Shown: positions 25,350-37,700 of the stretch, piece after piece
Position numbering within the stretch: the first letter of the stretch is position 1
Layout: each line of letters begins with the position of its first letter
NCBI GenBank assembly: GCA_964016885.1
Contig: OZ024743.1
Coordinates: forward strand, 282,534,001-282,598,000
DNA from: Eledone cirrhosa
Lineage: Eukaryota
Length of the DNA: 64,000 nt
Reading direction: 5' to 3'
The notes under the pieces: generated by a model
What the model was told of the DNA's origin: nothing
The model's database searches: none
The model's input: only the letters and a program-made list of their open reading frames with translations
Made by a program: the position numbers and the translations under genes

Positions 25350-25810
25350 TCCACATTACACACCAAGAAAGCATATAAAAGAGGAAGAAATACAAAGTCC
25401 TTGCAGCAGTGGTCAGTCATTTAAAGAGACGACAACAGCAACAGGAACAACAGCAACAACAGCGACAGCCACCACCACTACTTCTACGACGACGAGGACG
25501 ACTAACAATGCATCAACCACAGAGTTTAACTTTGAAAGCTTTCAGAACCACAGAGAACAAATATTGTTAATGCAACAAAAACAGCGCCAACGTTTGGAAT
25601 CCTGTGAAGCTGATACCATTCAGACACTTGAACAACATTCCACATCATCATCAAACCATTCTTCATCTCATCTCACCTTGGACTCTGCAAGTGCAAAGTT
25701 TGCTGTGTCAGCTGTGAGAGACACTGCACAGCTGCAGAACTCATCTGGTGCTAATTCGCATTCATCCTCATCGTCGTCGTCATTATCTAATGGTCCCATC
25801 AGAGAATGTA
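25350..25810 (+). CDS. EPC1: EPC exon (PHYTPRK...Thr-rich tract...FNFESFQNHREQILLMQQKQRQRL...LDSASAKFAVSAV...PIREC)
   Basis: AG at 25348-25349 and GTGAGT at 25811. EPcC-like F..E.FQ.H.EQL..MQ.KQ and LD.ASA.FA.SA motifs. Confidence 0.93.
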
Positions 25811-26606
25811 GTGAGTAACATTTTATAACTGCGATCTTATCGCAACTATCACAATTACACCTGCTACTAATACAACTAACTATCAAACATGAGCCACTGA
25901 GGGAACCTCTACTGTTTAACCAGCTAAAAATAGCAGTCAAATCCCTCTTAAATCACATGCTACTGGTCGTAAAGAAAAGAGACCATACATTGAAATGTTA
26001 TAGGTTTATGATGTCTAAAAAAATAAGATGGGATGGTCACTGCTGGAATGTGTTTGATGATAGTAAAACACTAGCTATCAAGTTGGCTCTTTTTATAAAA
26101 CCTTTTCAAGCATTGTGTCTTGCCAAATCTCTGTAAGAATTATGTTATGAGTACATGTGTGTGTTGAATACTCAGCCATTTGTGCATTAACCATTGATAG
26201 AACAACTGGAACACCCGTTGTCGAAACCATCAGAAGCCTGTGATATAATGTGGAATTAACACCTTTTTTTCTTTTCTAGTCTGGCATATATTATAAAAGT
26301 TGTGTAGGTATAGCTTTCATGACCCCCTACTCCTTACAGCCGGGTTCATTCATTACATAGAGAGCTGCCATTACCTTTCTGTCATTTGGTATAGTTAGTC
26401 TCTGTATAACAATAGAAGGGTATTTAGCCATATCATGAGTTTATTTAAAATTGTCTCTTATAGACTAGTTAGACTGGTCTAAATAATTTACACTTCTATT
26501 ATATTAATCTAACATCTTACCTGGATTAGTTAGGCTAGCACACCAGTCTAAGCCATGTTGCCTATATAGACAAATTGAATGTCGTTATATTAGTGATATA
26601 TTTAAT

Positions 26607-26790
26607 GGCCGTGGATTGGCAGTGTCGGTAGAGGGTCGGACGCCATGCTTTCCAGCATAGTTACGTCCCTTTACGATCTGAGTTCAAATCCCGCCGAGGT
26701 TAACTTTGCCTTTCATCCTTACGGGGTCGATAAAATAAAGTACCAGTAATGAACTGGTGATTGCTGGCCTTGTGCCTAAAGTAGAAACAG
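26607..26790 (+). mobile_element. tRNA-derived SINE family A with a perfect 22-bp target-site duplication
   Basis: gttatattagtgatatatttaa occurs at 26584-26605 and 26790-26811. Confidence 0.9.
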
Positions 26791-27336
26791 TTATATTAGT
26801 GATATATTTAAAACAGTCGACAAGATCCCAGACCTCATTCGCTTACCATCAAATCAGACTAAAAGAAAGTGTTTCTATTGGTCTTTCCATTGCTGATACT
26901 ATCTACCAATCACAATTCCTGGCAGAAAGAGCAACATGAAATAAAGTGTCTTGCTGAATGACATAACATATCATCCTGTCCGTATATCTTACAAGCTCAC
27001 AAGTGCAAATCCAATTCCTTAAACACTAAGCCACGTGCCTTCACTAGTGATATATAGAACAATCCAATCCTCTGCTACAACATCTATATGTAAATAGGTA
27101 GATCATATTTATATACTGCCTAGTTCTGCTGACACAGTAAATAGATGTAAAATAATATGCAAAATATTTATTATGCTTAACAATGTTAAATTGTTTTACG
27201 TCTGTTTTTTCAATGACTGCATGGGTTGGACCCAATGTTGTACTTAAAATGGAAGTGTGACATATCCACTGGTGTAACCTATACATGAGTATAAACAGTA
27301 AATTTTGAAGGCATTGACTCAACAGTAGATTTGCAT

Positions 27337-27625
27337 CACAAACAGCACAGCTCCCATGACTTTCGGAAACATTTTTTTCACGCTCAGAGTTTCTGAAGCA
27401 TGGAACAAACTACCTGCATCAGTTGTTAGCTGCCGAGACACTGCATCTTGAAATTCGCCAACACTACACCTGATATCCCCCCTCCATACACACGCACACA
27501 TGTATATCATGACACTGTTCACTTTCCTGACATTTGTACATTATTCTATGTACTATACATGCACCTTTGATGAGTTGTAGTGCACCTGAGCACTGTACAC
27601 AATAATTTCATTATTATTATTATTA
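27337..27625 (+). mobile_element. CR1-clade LINE 3' end, second copy, with (TTA)n tail
   Basis: Closely similar to 15090-15355. Confidence 0.85.
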
Positions 27626-28863
27626 AGGGATTTAACTCTAATTATTACAATTTACTTTTTAGTCTAAAGTGTTTCTAATAATAATATAAAATGTTTGTAC
27701 TTTATAAAAAATATTTATACAGTTTGAGGTGAGGAAACTTTCTAGAACAACTAAACTGTTCTAATTCTTCACTCTAAATCCACATGAATATTTAAAAACT
27801 AACCATAAGTCTGGATTTTATTGGTTTGAATTGATAGAGCTATTATGTAAGTTATTGTGAACATTTTTCAGTGCTAAATCATAGTGCCTTAGTTCTCGTA
27901 TATGTTTGACGAGAGAGTTGTTGCTTGATATGACAGTGTAAAATGTATTATGTCAAAATATGATATTGAGAAGGAAGGGGAAGTAATAATGTATAGAAAA
28001 GTTTATTACATTTTCCCCTTCGTGTCCAGATATATCTTATATAACTGATTGTTAATCTCAAATTCAGTTTTTACATCTAATTCAATCGAAAAAATTCATC
28101 CTCCTTACAAACATGAACAAAATAATTGAAAATCAACATATGTACTGTATTTGGTAGCATATAAGTTCCAGGTTTTACTTTTAATAATAAAAATAGTTGA
28201 AAAGTATGTATCTATATATATATGTCGAGTTGACTTACATGCTTTAATAACATTAGATGCTTATCTAATTAATACATAACTGTTTTTCTTAATATTCTCT
28301 AATCAAACGAGAGGGTGTTACATAATCACGGGTGTTATATAGTGTTTAATAGTTGTATTTATAAACTATTTAGTTGACATAGAAATATTTTGTTGAATTT
28401 CACTGATAAATTGTTTCATTAACAACAAGGTCTTTTTAGGGTTCATTTAAGATGAACCACCAAGTTTTATAACATGGTAGATATATAGGAATTATCTACT
28501 TATTTAACATAGCTGTGTGGTTTGCCAGTTCACTTTCCAACCATATTGTTTGGATTTATTTTACTTTGTGGCAGCTTCGGCAATACACACACATCTGGTT
28601 TTTAACCCTTTAGTTTCCAACCCACCCAATTCTATGAAATACAGTCACTCATTTTAAAGCTTTCCAATTTAAATTAAAAACTTCCAACATAATTTTACAT
28701 TAAGTAAGGAAATAATTAATAATTTTAGTAAATCCGTCAAAATTCTTCATTAATTAATGGAAATAGAGTTTATTTCATTATAAATATAGTCATGAAATGG
28801 TTAGATATATATGTAAAAAACAGTGATATAACTGATCTTTTCTTGTTTATTTTTCTGTTTCAG

Positions 28864-29092
28864 TTCGAGAGAACCAGTCCAATAGAGGCCAACTGGCTGC
28901 AACTGTCCTACAACTCAACCTCAGTCAGTCATCTCCCATTAGTGACCCTCATCTTCCATCAGGAATTGTTTCATCTTCACTAGTAGGTTTAAATAACATG
29001 ACCTCCAGTAAAATAATCAGTGCATCAAAGTCTGCTTTACCAGTCCTCAAGCTTACAGCAAAGAATCCCGCTGCTCTTGAATCCTTTAAAAA
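28864..29092 (+). CDS. EPC1: EPC exon (RENQSNRGQLAATVLQLNLSQ...KNPAALESFK)
   Basis: Strong acceptor, GT at 29093. It is open in exactly the phase (1 to 2) that joins the flanking exons. The sequence is poorly conserved. Confidence 0.8.
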
Positions 29093-29881
29093 GTAAACAT
29101 TCCTTACTATGTATTTCATCTCAACAAATTTTGCCTACTCTGTTGTTTTTGTTTCTTTTACTCAATGTTTTTTTTCACTGTTGTTTTAACATTTATCTCA
29201 GAGTAAATCATAGATCAACACTTTCTCTTAAATTCATCATCATCATTTAACTTTTGTTAAAATGATGATGATGATACGCAAAGTTGGAAGATCCGTCACA
29301 CACCAAGTCAGTTCTTAATTGGAGCTACTTTCCTCTCAGGTGGGCTGGTGGCCATGGCTTCCTTATATACATTTCAGTTTTGGTGTAATCTCTCCAGTTG
29401 GGTGTCCTTCCTTTCACCAACCACGTTACAGAGTGTACAGTTTATGGTGCTTGCACTTGGGAAGTTGTTATGTCTTTGATACAACTGAAAAGTGTTCTCA
29501 ACCTTTTATTTGGCATGGTTTCTACAGCATGATGCCTTTCTTAATGCCAACCATGTTATAGAGTGTACTGGGTGCATTACATCAAAAATATCAATCTGCT
29601 TTTACAGATATGTTTACCTTGTAATTGTAGCAGCTTCATGGAATTTTGTCAGCAACTTAAGTCTGGCTTTTTCTACTAATGTCGATGACTGCAAGATTCT
29701 TCATTTTGATTCAATGTTTCATTGAGAAGTAACACCCAAGAATATGAATAAATTATAAATTAATGGCTAAAATTTTAATGTAGAAATGATATTAAATATT
29801 ATGCCTTTGTAAATTGTGGTAGTTTGAGATTTAAAAAAGTGTAACTAATTGCATATTTACCCAGCATACAAAAGATATCTA

Positions 29882-29929
<48 letters not shown>

Positions 29930-30288
29930 CATTGTTAGCATTTTGCATGTTTTCGATGCTGGTATGAGTTGGACAGGTTGTCATAGTCCAAGACTTAACA
30001 TGCCAGGCAACTACGTCTTCATCATATGTTCCATATAACACATATGTGTATATATATGTGTGTGTTGCCACTTTAGACTAGTAAGACCATTGTTCAGCTA
30101 AGTACTCGATTTGCTGTCAAAACAATGAGAGCTCAGTCGTCAGGCTGGATACTCTTCCTATCACCAATCATTTTACTGCATGTACTGGGTGTGTTTATTG
30201 ATACATTTGTGTGTGTGTTTTTTAGTTATTTTAATTATGTGTTATATAAACATGCAGATATATATATAGATTTATTTTTCTCCTACAG

Positions 30289-30361
30289 ACAGACCTATGA
30301 AGATGGAAGTCTTCTGAGTAATTTCAGTAAAGACAGAATTGTACCAATGGATGTTACTTGA
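30289..30361 (+). CDS. EPC1: EPC last coding exon (QTYEDGSLLSNFSKDRIVPMDVT*)
   Basis: AG at 30287-30288. The C-terminal PMDVT* matches the MEVT* end of EPC proteins. Confidence 0.9.
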
Positions 30362-32325
30362 TCTGCCATATTTGGTTAGTTTGATGGACTAAAAAAAATA
30401 TACTGCAAAGAAAGAAAGAAAGAAAATAAGCCCTTGAAGACATTTCAACTCTTGTTCTTCTCAAAAACCCCAATCCTCTAGAATGTTCCATCTTCCTGCC
30501 AGTGATTCAACCACAAACTGTAGCTGCTGTTGCCTGGTCTGGCTGTCTTTCTGTGTACAGTGCATTGTTTTGTGTAGGTTATCTAACTGCTACTACAATT
30601 ACTACTACTACTACTACTACTATTGTCTGCACTTCTTCACTGTCAACTGGTGGCTGCTATTCCTGTACAGTGTGGAGTAGGTACCAACACACATACACAT
30701 ACATACACACACACACACACATACACATATGTGGACATGTTTTTTGGGACTAAGGGGATCTTAGCTGGGGCTGGCAGTAGCATCATTATGTGTGACAGCA
30801 GCAAGGTCTGTGGCCAGTGTTGTTTTCTTTTTTTTTTTGTATTGTTTTTTTTTTATTTATTTTTTTTTATTTCCAGTGAAAAGAAAAAAAGCAAAAAAGC
30901 ACAAAAGAATTAAAAAAATTTTAGAGCAGAAAATAATGAAAAAAAAACAAAAAACTGGATAGATAGACAGACAGACATCTCTACCTGCAGCAGAAGGAAG
31001 AATTAAAGAATGTATTTTTGTTGTTTTTTGTTTGTTTTCTCTCCTCCATGAAAGAAATAAAAAGAGCAAAAGCAACAACAAAAAAAAGGAGCTTTTATAT
31101 AGCTTAAAAACAAACGAAATCTGTTGGCAGAAAGCAACTACCACAATGTGATTTGCTACATGTTTTCTCCCATGGAGAAAGATTATCATAATAATAATAT
31201 TAATAATGATAATTTTAATGAAAAAGATATAGAGAAAGAAAGGAAGAAAGAAGAAAAGAGCATGAGCAAAAAATTTAGGCAGAAAGAGACAGGGCAGTGA
31301 GTGGGTGGGGAGTGAAATATTAAAGAAGGAACCAGCTGTAACTGGGTATTTCTTATGCACACACACACACACACATGACATACACTTACACAAACATACA
31401 CAGCCTGCCTGTCTGGCACTTCTCATGCACCAAATATAATTTTTTAGTTATCTAAAATATGTTTTAGAAACCTTTTTTTTCCCTCTCTTGCATCCGCAAC
31501 AAGCAAAAATTACTGGTACGGTTGCTTTTGATTCTCCTATTATCACCACCACTACTATTAGTACTACTACTACTACTAATATTACTACATTCTAAGAGTG
31601 ATAATGCTAGTAATAAAGAAAATAGTTTTATAATATATTATCAAACAAACAGAAAATAATGATGGTTGAAACAGGATTTTGTTGATTTTTTATGTTATAT
31701 TTTCTTGTTTTATTTAGCTTTTTATTAAATATTTCCCTCTCATCACTTCTTCCCCTTACTACAGTAATGGCATTCATTAATTTGGCTAATTACCTATCAG
31801 AATTAAAAGTATAAATTTTTTTAGATAAGGTTTTGAGCTTACCACTTTGTCTTTCTTGTCTTTTGAAAGATTTTAGTTGTGAGAAGGAAATAGATTTTCA
31901 TTTAAAGCTGTTTATTCTAAATACCTAACACACACTGTTATTTTGGGGGTATAGTTGTTGGTTTATATATATATATATAAATGTTTCTTGTCATTTCCCT
32001 CATTTATAAGACGCCCCTGTATGTAACCCTGGACTATTTTTCACTCTGTATCTAACTTTCTCTCTTCTTCGTGTATTCCTCACCCCGATTATCTTCTCTT
32101 CATAAATTCTCTGTCCCTGTCTGTTTAATAATGTCCTTGTTATAAAATGATTTTTAAAAAATGGAAGTGTGAGTTTAAGTTTATAGGAAAATATCTAATG
32201 TTGTTCTGATGTTATTATTGGTGGTGGTTTAGAGTGGTTATGACAAAGAAGATGATTGACAGTGACTTATAATTTGCTCAGCAGGCTTTCTAGATATGTC
32301 CATCCTGTCAAACATTAGTTTGTCA

Positions 32326-32331
32326 AATAAA
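32326..32331 (+). terminator. Candidate proximal polyadenylation signal of EPC
   Basis: AATAAA followed by a GT/T-rich tract, ending a TE-poor UTR-like stretch of about 2 kb. Confidence 0.45.
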
Positions 32332-32511
32332 TGCGTGTATTTTGTTGTTTTTGTTTTTATTTAGATAACATTGTTGGTGTTGGCAATTGTTGTAGTGGTA
32401 GTGATGAAACATTGTGTTGGTGATAGTTGTCATTGACTACTTAAGCCATATTTAGCTTTAATCAGGCTCCAGAATAATCAGCTATGCACCAAGTAGTAAT
32501 TGATAGATCTT

Positions 32512-32772
32512 TTAAACCCTTTCATTGTCATATTTCTAATGAAAGACATTGGTTATGATTTTCAACTAATTTTGAAAATAATCAGGTATTTGGCGGGATT
32601 TAGTAATATAGCTAACTTTCTCATTATTAAGCTGGTGTTTGGATCATTACTTATTAAAAGTTCTTTTATAAAATTATGATGGAAGATAAATATAAACACT
32701 TTAAAATAAACTGCTTTGTGTAGTAAAACCAGAGGCAGTTTTTAGGAGGTTGTTTGATATCAAAAGGGTTAA
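32512..32772. mobile_element. TTAA-flanked MITE family 2
   Basis: ttaaacccttt...aaaagggttaa, similar to 610-854. Confidence 0.6.
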
Positions 32773-34542
32773 AAGCTAGTTGCCTGTGAGTCTAGTTGGC
32801 ACCTTAAGTAGAATAGTTTATTTTTTAGTCACAAACTTCTTAGTTCTCTTAAGTTGGTTGTTATAGGAATGCATATTTTTTGTTGTTGGTGTTGTTGTTA
32901 TTCATTGGGATGATAATCTATATGATAATGATGAGGATGATGGGTTTTGGTGTTTCTGTTGCTGATACCAGCAGCTGCATGTATCAGTGCTTGCTTGTTA
33001 AGCAAAACATTTCATGTGTTTGTTATGTAGGTGAACATAGTCCACATATGATATATGTGTTTAGCAGTATATATGTACATACATGTGTGTATATATGCAT
33101 GTCTAGTTGGATGCTCTTCCTTTCACCAAGCCACCAGCACTAGAACTTCTCTGGCAGGCATTGAAATTCCTCTCTACCCTGTATCAGTTTTAATTCAGGG
33201 TTACTGTTCTTCTAGACAGGTTGCCTTTGCTACAGCTTAGAGAGTCCATGTCTACCAGTATATGTATGTGTGCTTATATGCACATACATGTGTGATTGTG
33301 TATAAAAAGATTTCCCATATATTTCTCAGTATTTCTCTGCATCACTTTTACATAATTCTTTTTCCTTTATATCCAAAAGTGTTTGTAGTGTTGGTGCTTC
33401 TTAGTTTGACACCCCATCTACCCTAGTACCCCAGGTTTGCCCAAAAATGTCTTTGCACAATAAACAATCTACAATTAAAAGAGAAAAAGAAAAATCAAAA
33501 TTAATCAAGTTATTAGCAGTATATTCTTCTGTGCATTTAGCAGAAATTATATTAATTGCTTTTGTTTTGAAATACCACATTTTTCCATATCTTTGAGATT
33601 TCTTATTGTCCTCTTTATTCTTCTCCCTGTAGATAAATGAAGGCATGTGACCTATCCATTCGACTGTTGGACTCGTGACTTGTTCCTGTATTGTTGAGCA
33701 TGAGCTTTCATTTCATGTTGCTTTTTCTGATAGGACTGCGGCCCCTGTCATTAAAGCTCCCCAAAAACTTCCCATGTAATGTAGCTTCATAGGAAGTCAG
33801 CTAAACCTACATGGGTGTAAGCTGTAAATTCTATTTCATTTATTTTCTTCTCCCCTCTGCCACCCACCTTCGCTCATACACATACTATTTTCTTTCCTTC
33901 TAAGGTAGAAAATTCCCCATACTTTACAAAAGTTATTTTTGTATTTGTCTTTATGATAGAGAATCCTTGATTGATATTTATCAAAATCACTCAGAATTAA
34001 AATCATTTTTTTTTTTTTATAAATATATATTCACTCTTCCTCCTCCCACAAACACTACATTATATTTTGGCTAAAAAAAATATAGAATTGTATAATCCAT
34101 ATTTTTACATGTAACTCTAACATGTAAAATGTTTGTTATTTTGTTGCCTTGTTTAGTTCTATCAAGTTTTGTATTCAATTTTCACCTCCCATTGCCTGTA
34201 GCTTTTGAAATGAAAAAAAAATTCTTGACTTTTAGCAATCCATTTCCCTAATCATTTCATTACCATATTTCTTATGAAATACACTGCCTATGATTTTCAG
34301 TTTATTTTGAAAATCCAAGAATTTGGAAGGTTTTAGTAATATAACTAACTTTCTAATTGTTAAGCTGTTTTTTTAGAGCATAACTTAAAGGTTCTTATAT
34401 AAACTTGTGAAGGAAAGTTTTTTTAAAGGTAAATAAATCATAGAACTAGGGGCAATTTCAGTTTGGTGTCAAAAGGGTTAAAAACAAATTATACCTGATT
34501 CTTAACATATGTGCAGAGTTTTGTGAATATTTCTCACGTCAC

Positions 34543-34584
<42 letters not shown>

Positions 34585-34730
34585 TTTACGTCCGCTTTCC
34601 CTGCTTGCAAGGGTGGGACGGGAACTGATTCTGGCTTGATTTCTACAGCTGGATGCTCTTCCTAACACCAACCTCATTTACAGTGAGTGCTGGGTGCTTT
34701 TTTGCCGTGGCACCTCCACAACCACTTTGC
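34543..34730 (-). mobile_element. RTE 3'-UTR-derived fragment with expanded (GAT)n tail
   Basis: Reverse complement of 20500-20769 sequence, with a (CAT)n run at 34544-34583. Confidence 0.8.
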
Positions 34731-37700
34731 AATGGAATGATAGGGACCCCAGTCCCTATCATCTCATTTCTACAGTTGAGTAAACTGGAGCAATGTGAAA
34801 TAAAGTGCCTTGCTCAAGGAAACAACACATCACCCGGTCTGACAATTGAACTCACAACCTTTCAATTGCAAGGCCAATGCTCTAACCACTAAGCCATGTG
34901 CTCTCACAATTTGTATCTATTTGAAGTTTTGTTAGTTTACTGATTCATAAGTCTTGTAGCATGATGGCTTACTAACTGCAGCCATTTTTATCTACCCATC
35001 TATCTGAAAATTAAAAAAAAAAAAAAATTTAGGATTATTTTTAATACACAAAATTTACAATTAACAATTTTACCTGCTTAGATGTCTTCCTTCTCTCTCT
35101 TTATTTATGGAAATTTCTTTGTCAAAACTTCATTAAAGAACTTTTCTCAATGGTGTATGTGTGAATGATACATCTACTAATGTATATAGTTGTATGAAAT
35201 AACCTTAGTGATATTATTTATTATCGTTGCTTCAATAATTAGAGCAGAGAAAGAACCCATGCTGTAGAGCACCAGACTAGGTGCTTTGTAGCAGTTTGGT
35301 CATTTATATGTGCAGGCATGGCTGTGTGGTCAAAAAGCTCGCTTCACAGCCATATGGTTTCATTTTCCTTCCCATAACCTGGCATCTTGGGCAGATATCT
35401 TCTACTATAGCTTTGGGTTGACTAATACTTTGCAAGTGAAATTTGGTAGACAGAAACTGTGTGTGGACATGTCTATGTTTACATTTACTGTTTGATTTTT
35501 CCCCTGTTACTTAGCGGCTCAATAAAATAAGTAGCAAACTTCAAAAAATAGATTAATACTGGATTTGATATGATTGACTAAATCCTTTGTGTATGGTGCC
35601 TCAGCATGACCACATTAAAATGACTGTAACCAATAAGAGTAATTGTTTTGATTTCAAATTACCTTCACCAACCAGTTGTTTGATACCAGTCATATATTGG
35701 GGTTTCATTATATTGATTAAATCATTTCCTCTTTCTAAATAATCATCAACATTATTAATATAAATGTCAATAGGTAAGCAGATATAATGTTTTGACAAAA
35801 TAACTAGTGGTGTTTAGTTACATCCCTTTATGATCTAAGTTCAAATCTTGCCGTAGTTGACCTTTCGAGGGAGGATAAAATAATGTAGCAGTCAAGTACT
35901 GTAGTAAATCTAATCTACTTTACTACTTCCTCACATTTGAAGCCGTGTGCCTGTGTTAGAAGGTTGATTAGCAGTCTCGTTAGAGCGGCGGACAAAATGC
36001 TTTTCTGTATTTAGTTTTGACTTTCTTCATTCAAACACCGCTGAGGTCAACTTTGCCTTTGATCTTTCCAGGGTCGATAAAATAAGTACCAGTAATGCAC
36101 TGGGAGCGATTTAATCGACCCCCCCCCCCCCCCCGAAATGTTGGCCTTGTGCCTAAAATAGGAACAATTATTATTACAGTGACTGTGGTGGAGCATTAGG
36201 GGTGCTAGACTAAAATGCTTTGCACTATATATGTACCTACCTTTGTATTCTAAGTTTGAATCCTGGCAGGGTCAACCTTACCTTTCAAGTCTATGGAGAT
36301 GGATGAAATAAAGTACCAGTTATTTAATAAGATTATAGTCAATTTATCTGATTGTGGTGTTGTCTATGTTAGGAAACATCATTATCATTATAGTGATGTT
36401 ACATTTTTAGCTAACAACTATTCAGCTGGCTCCTATATGAGTCTTTGACTAGGAAATTACAGTGGGCAATGGTGAGGATAATATGGGTATACAGAATTGA
36501 TAAATAGTTTTAATGATATGCTGTAAGACACATCTGTTGTAACTTAATCATCAGTCCAAAACCAATGATGGTAGTGAAGATACTTCTAAAGTGCTCAATT
36601 ACTTCTACAGCTGTTCTGTGAGTGAATATTGTTACATCTGTAAGACATTCTGCAGCAGAGGGGCTGGACTATATTGGTGTTCACTGACTGTAAATCTAAA
36701 GTTAAAAGATAGATAGTTTGGTAGTGTAAGATAAAGTGTGAACTATAAAACATTTATTTACTCTTCAATCTTGGCATACTTATAATATTGACTGTTGCTT
36801 TCAATAAAATTAGGAGCATGCATATATAGAAATGTGTATGTATATATGTGTGTTTATATGTATGTGAATATGTACATTTAGGTTATTCAATAATTTTGTT
36901 CGTTACTGGAGATGACACCAATATCAGCCCTTGATGTTATTAATTGAGCAGGATGATTCTCAAGGAAGTTTGTTCTTGTCGTATCTGTGTGTTGTTCTAT
37001 GTTTGTAATTAGTAGATTGTATATATTATGTATGAAATACGGAAATTTCACAAAATGTTTTTATTGCATATAGATGTACGTGTGTGTGTATGTATATATA
37101 TATATATATATATAATGATACATCTTGAAATCAATTGAATGATGATGTCTCATTTCGAACTTCAATAACATCATTGAATTGTGACATATTTGTTCAGCGT
37201 GTTGTCTGACTATATTATTTAGTTAGCATAAAGTGATACCCAACCATTACTGGCTGCTATATATATATATATATTGTCTTCTTTTGTCTACAATTAAATG
37301 TTAGTACAGATCTTTGTTCTGTCAGTCCTGGAATCAAGCAGGCCTATAATAAAATATTTTTCAGGCATGACCATTCCTGTGTTCATTCAGACATTGTGCA
37401 CCCAGGGTTACATTATTAAATGTTTCTTCTATTTTTCTCTAAAAGTGTGATTAGGTGGAGATTTTACTGTCATTTCTACTAGTTTGGGTATGTACAGGTT
37501 TCCTTTTTAGTTCACTCCAAGAAAATTTGTCCTAGTTTTTAGAGAAGTCTCATGGATAAATTCAAATAATTTTCCAACATTACTGCTAGCATTAGCTTAT
37601 TGTTTCTACCAACTGATAGATGCCATTTTAGAATTCTCTTGCTACCATTTCTTCATAATCTTTCAAATACTGTCTCTTCTTGCTCCATCTATTTCTTCAC

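Noticed and set aside
30483-31426. Several ORFs including a 189-aa minus-strand one
   Set aside because: Low-complexity microsatellite and poly-A/T sequence in the EPC 3' UTR.
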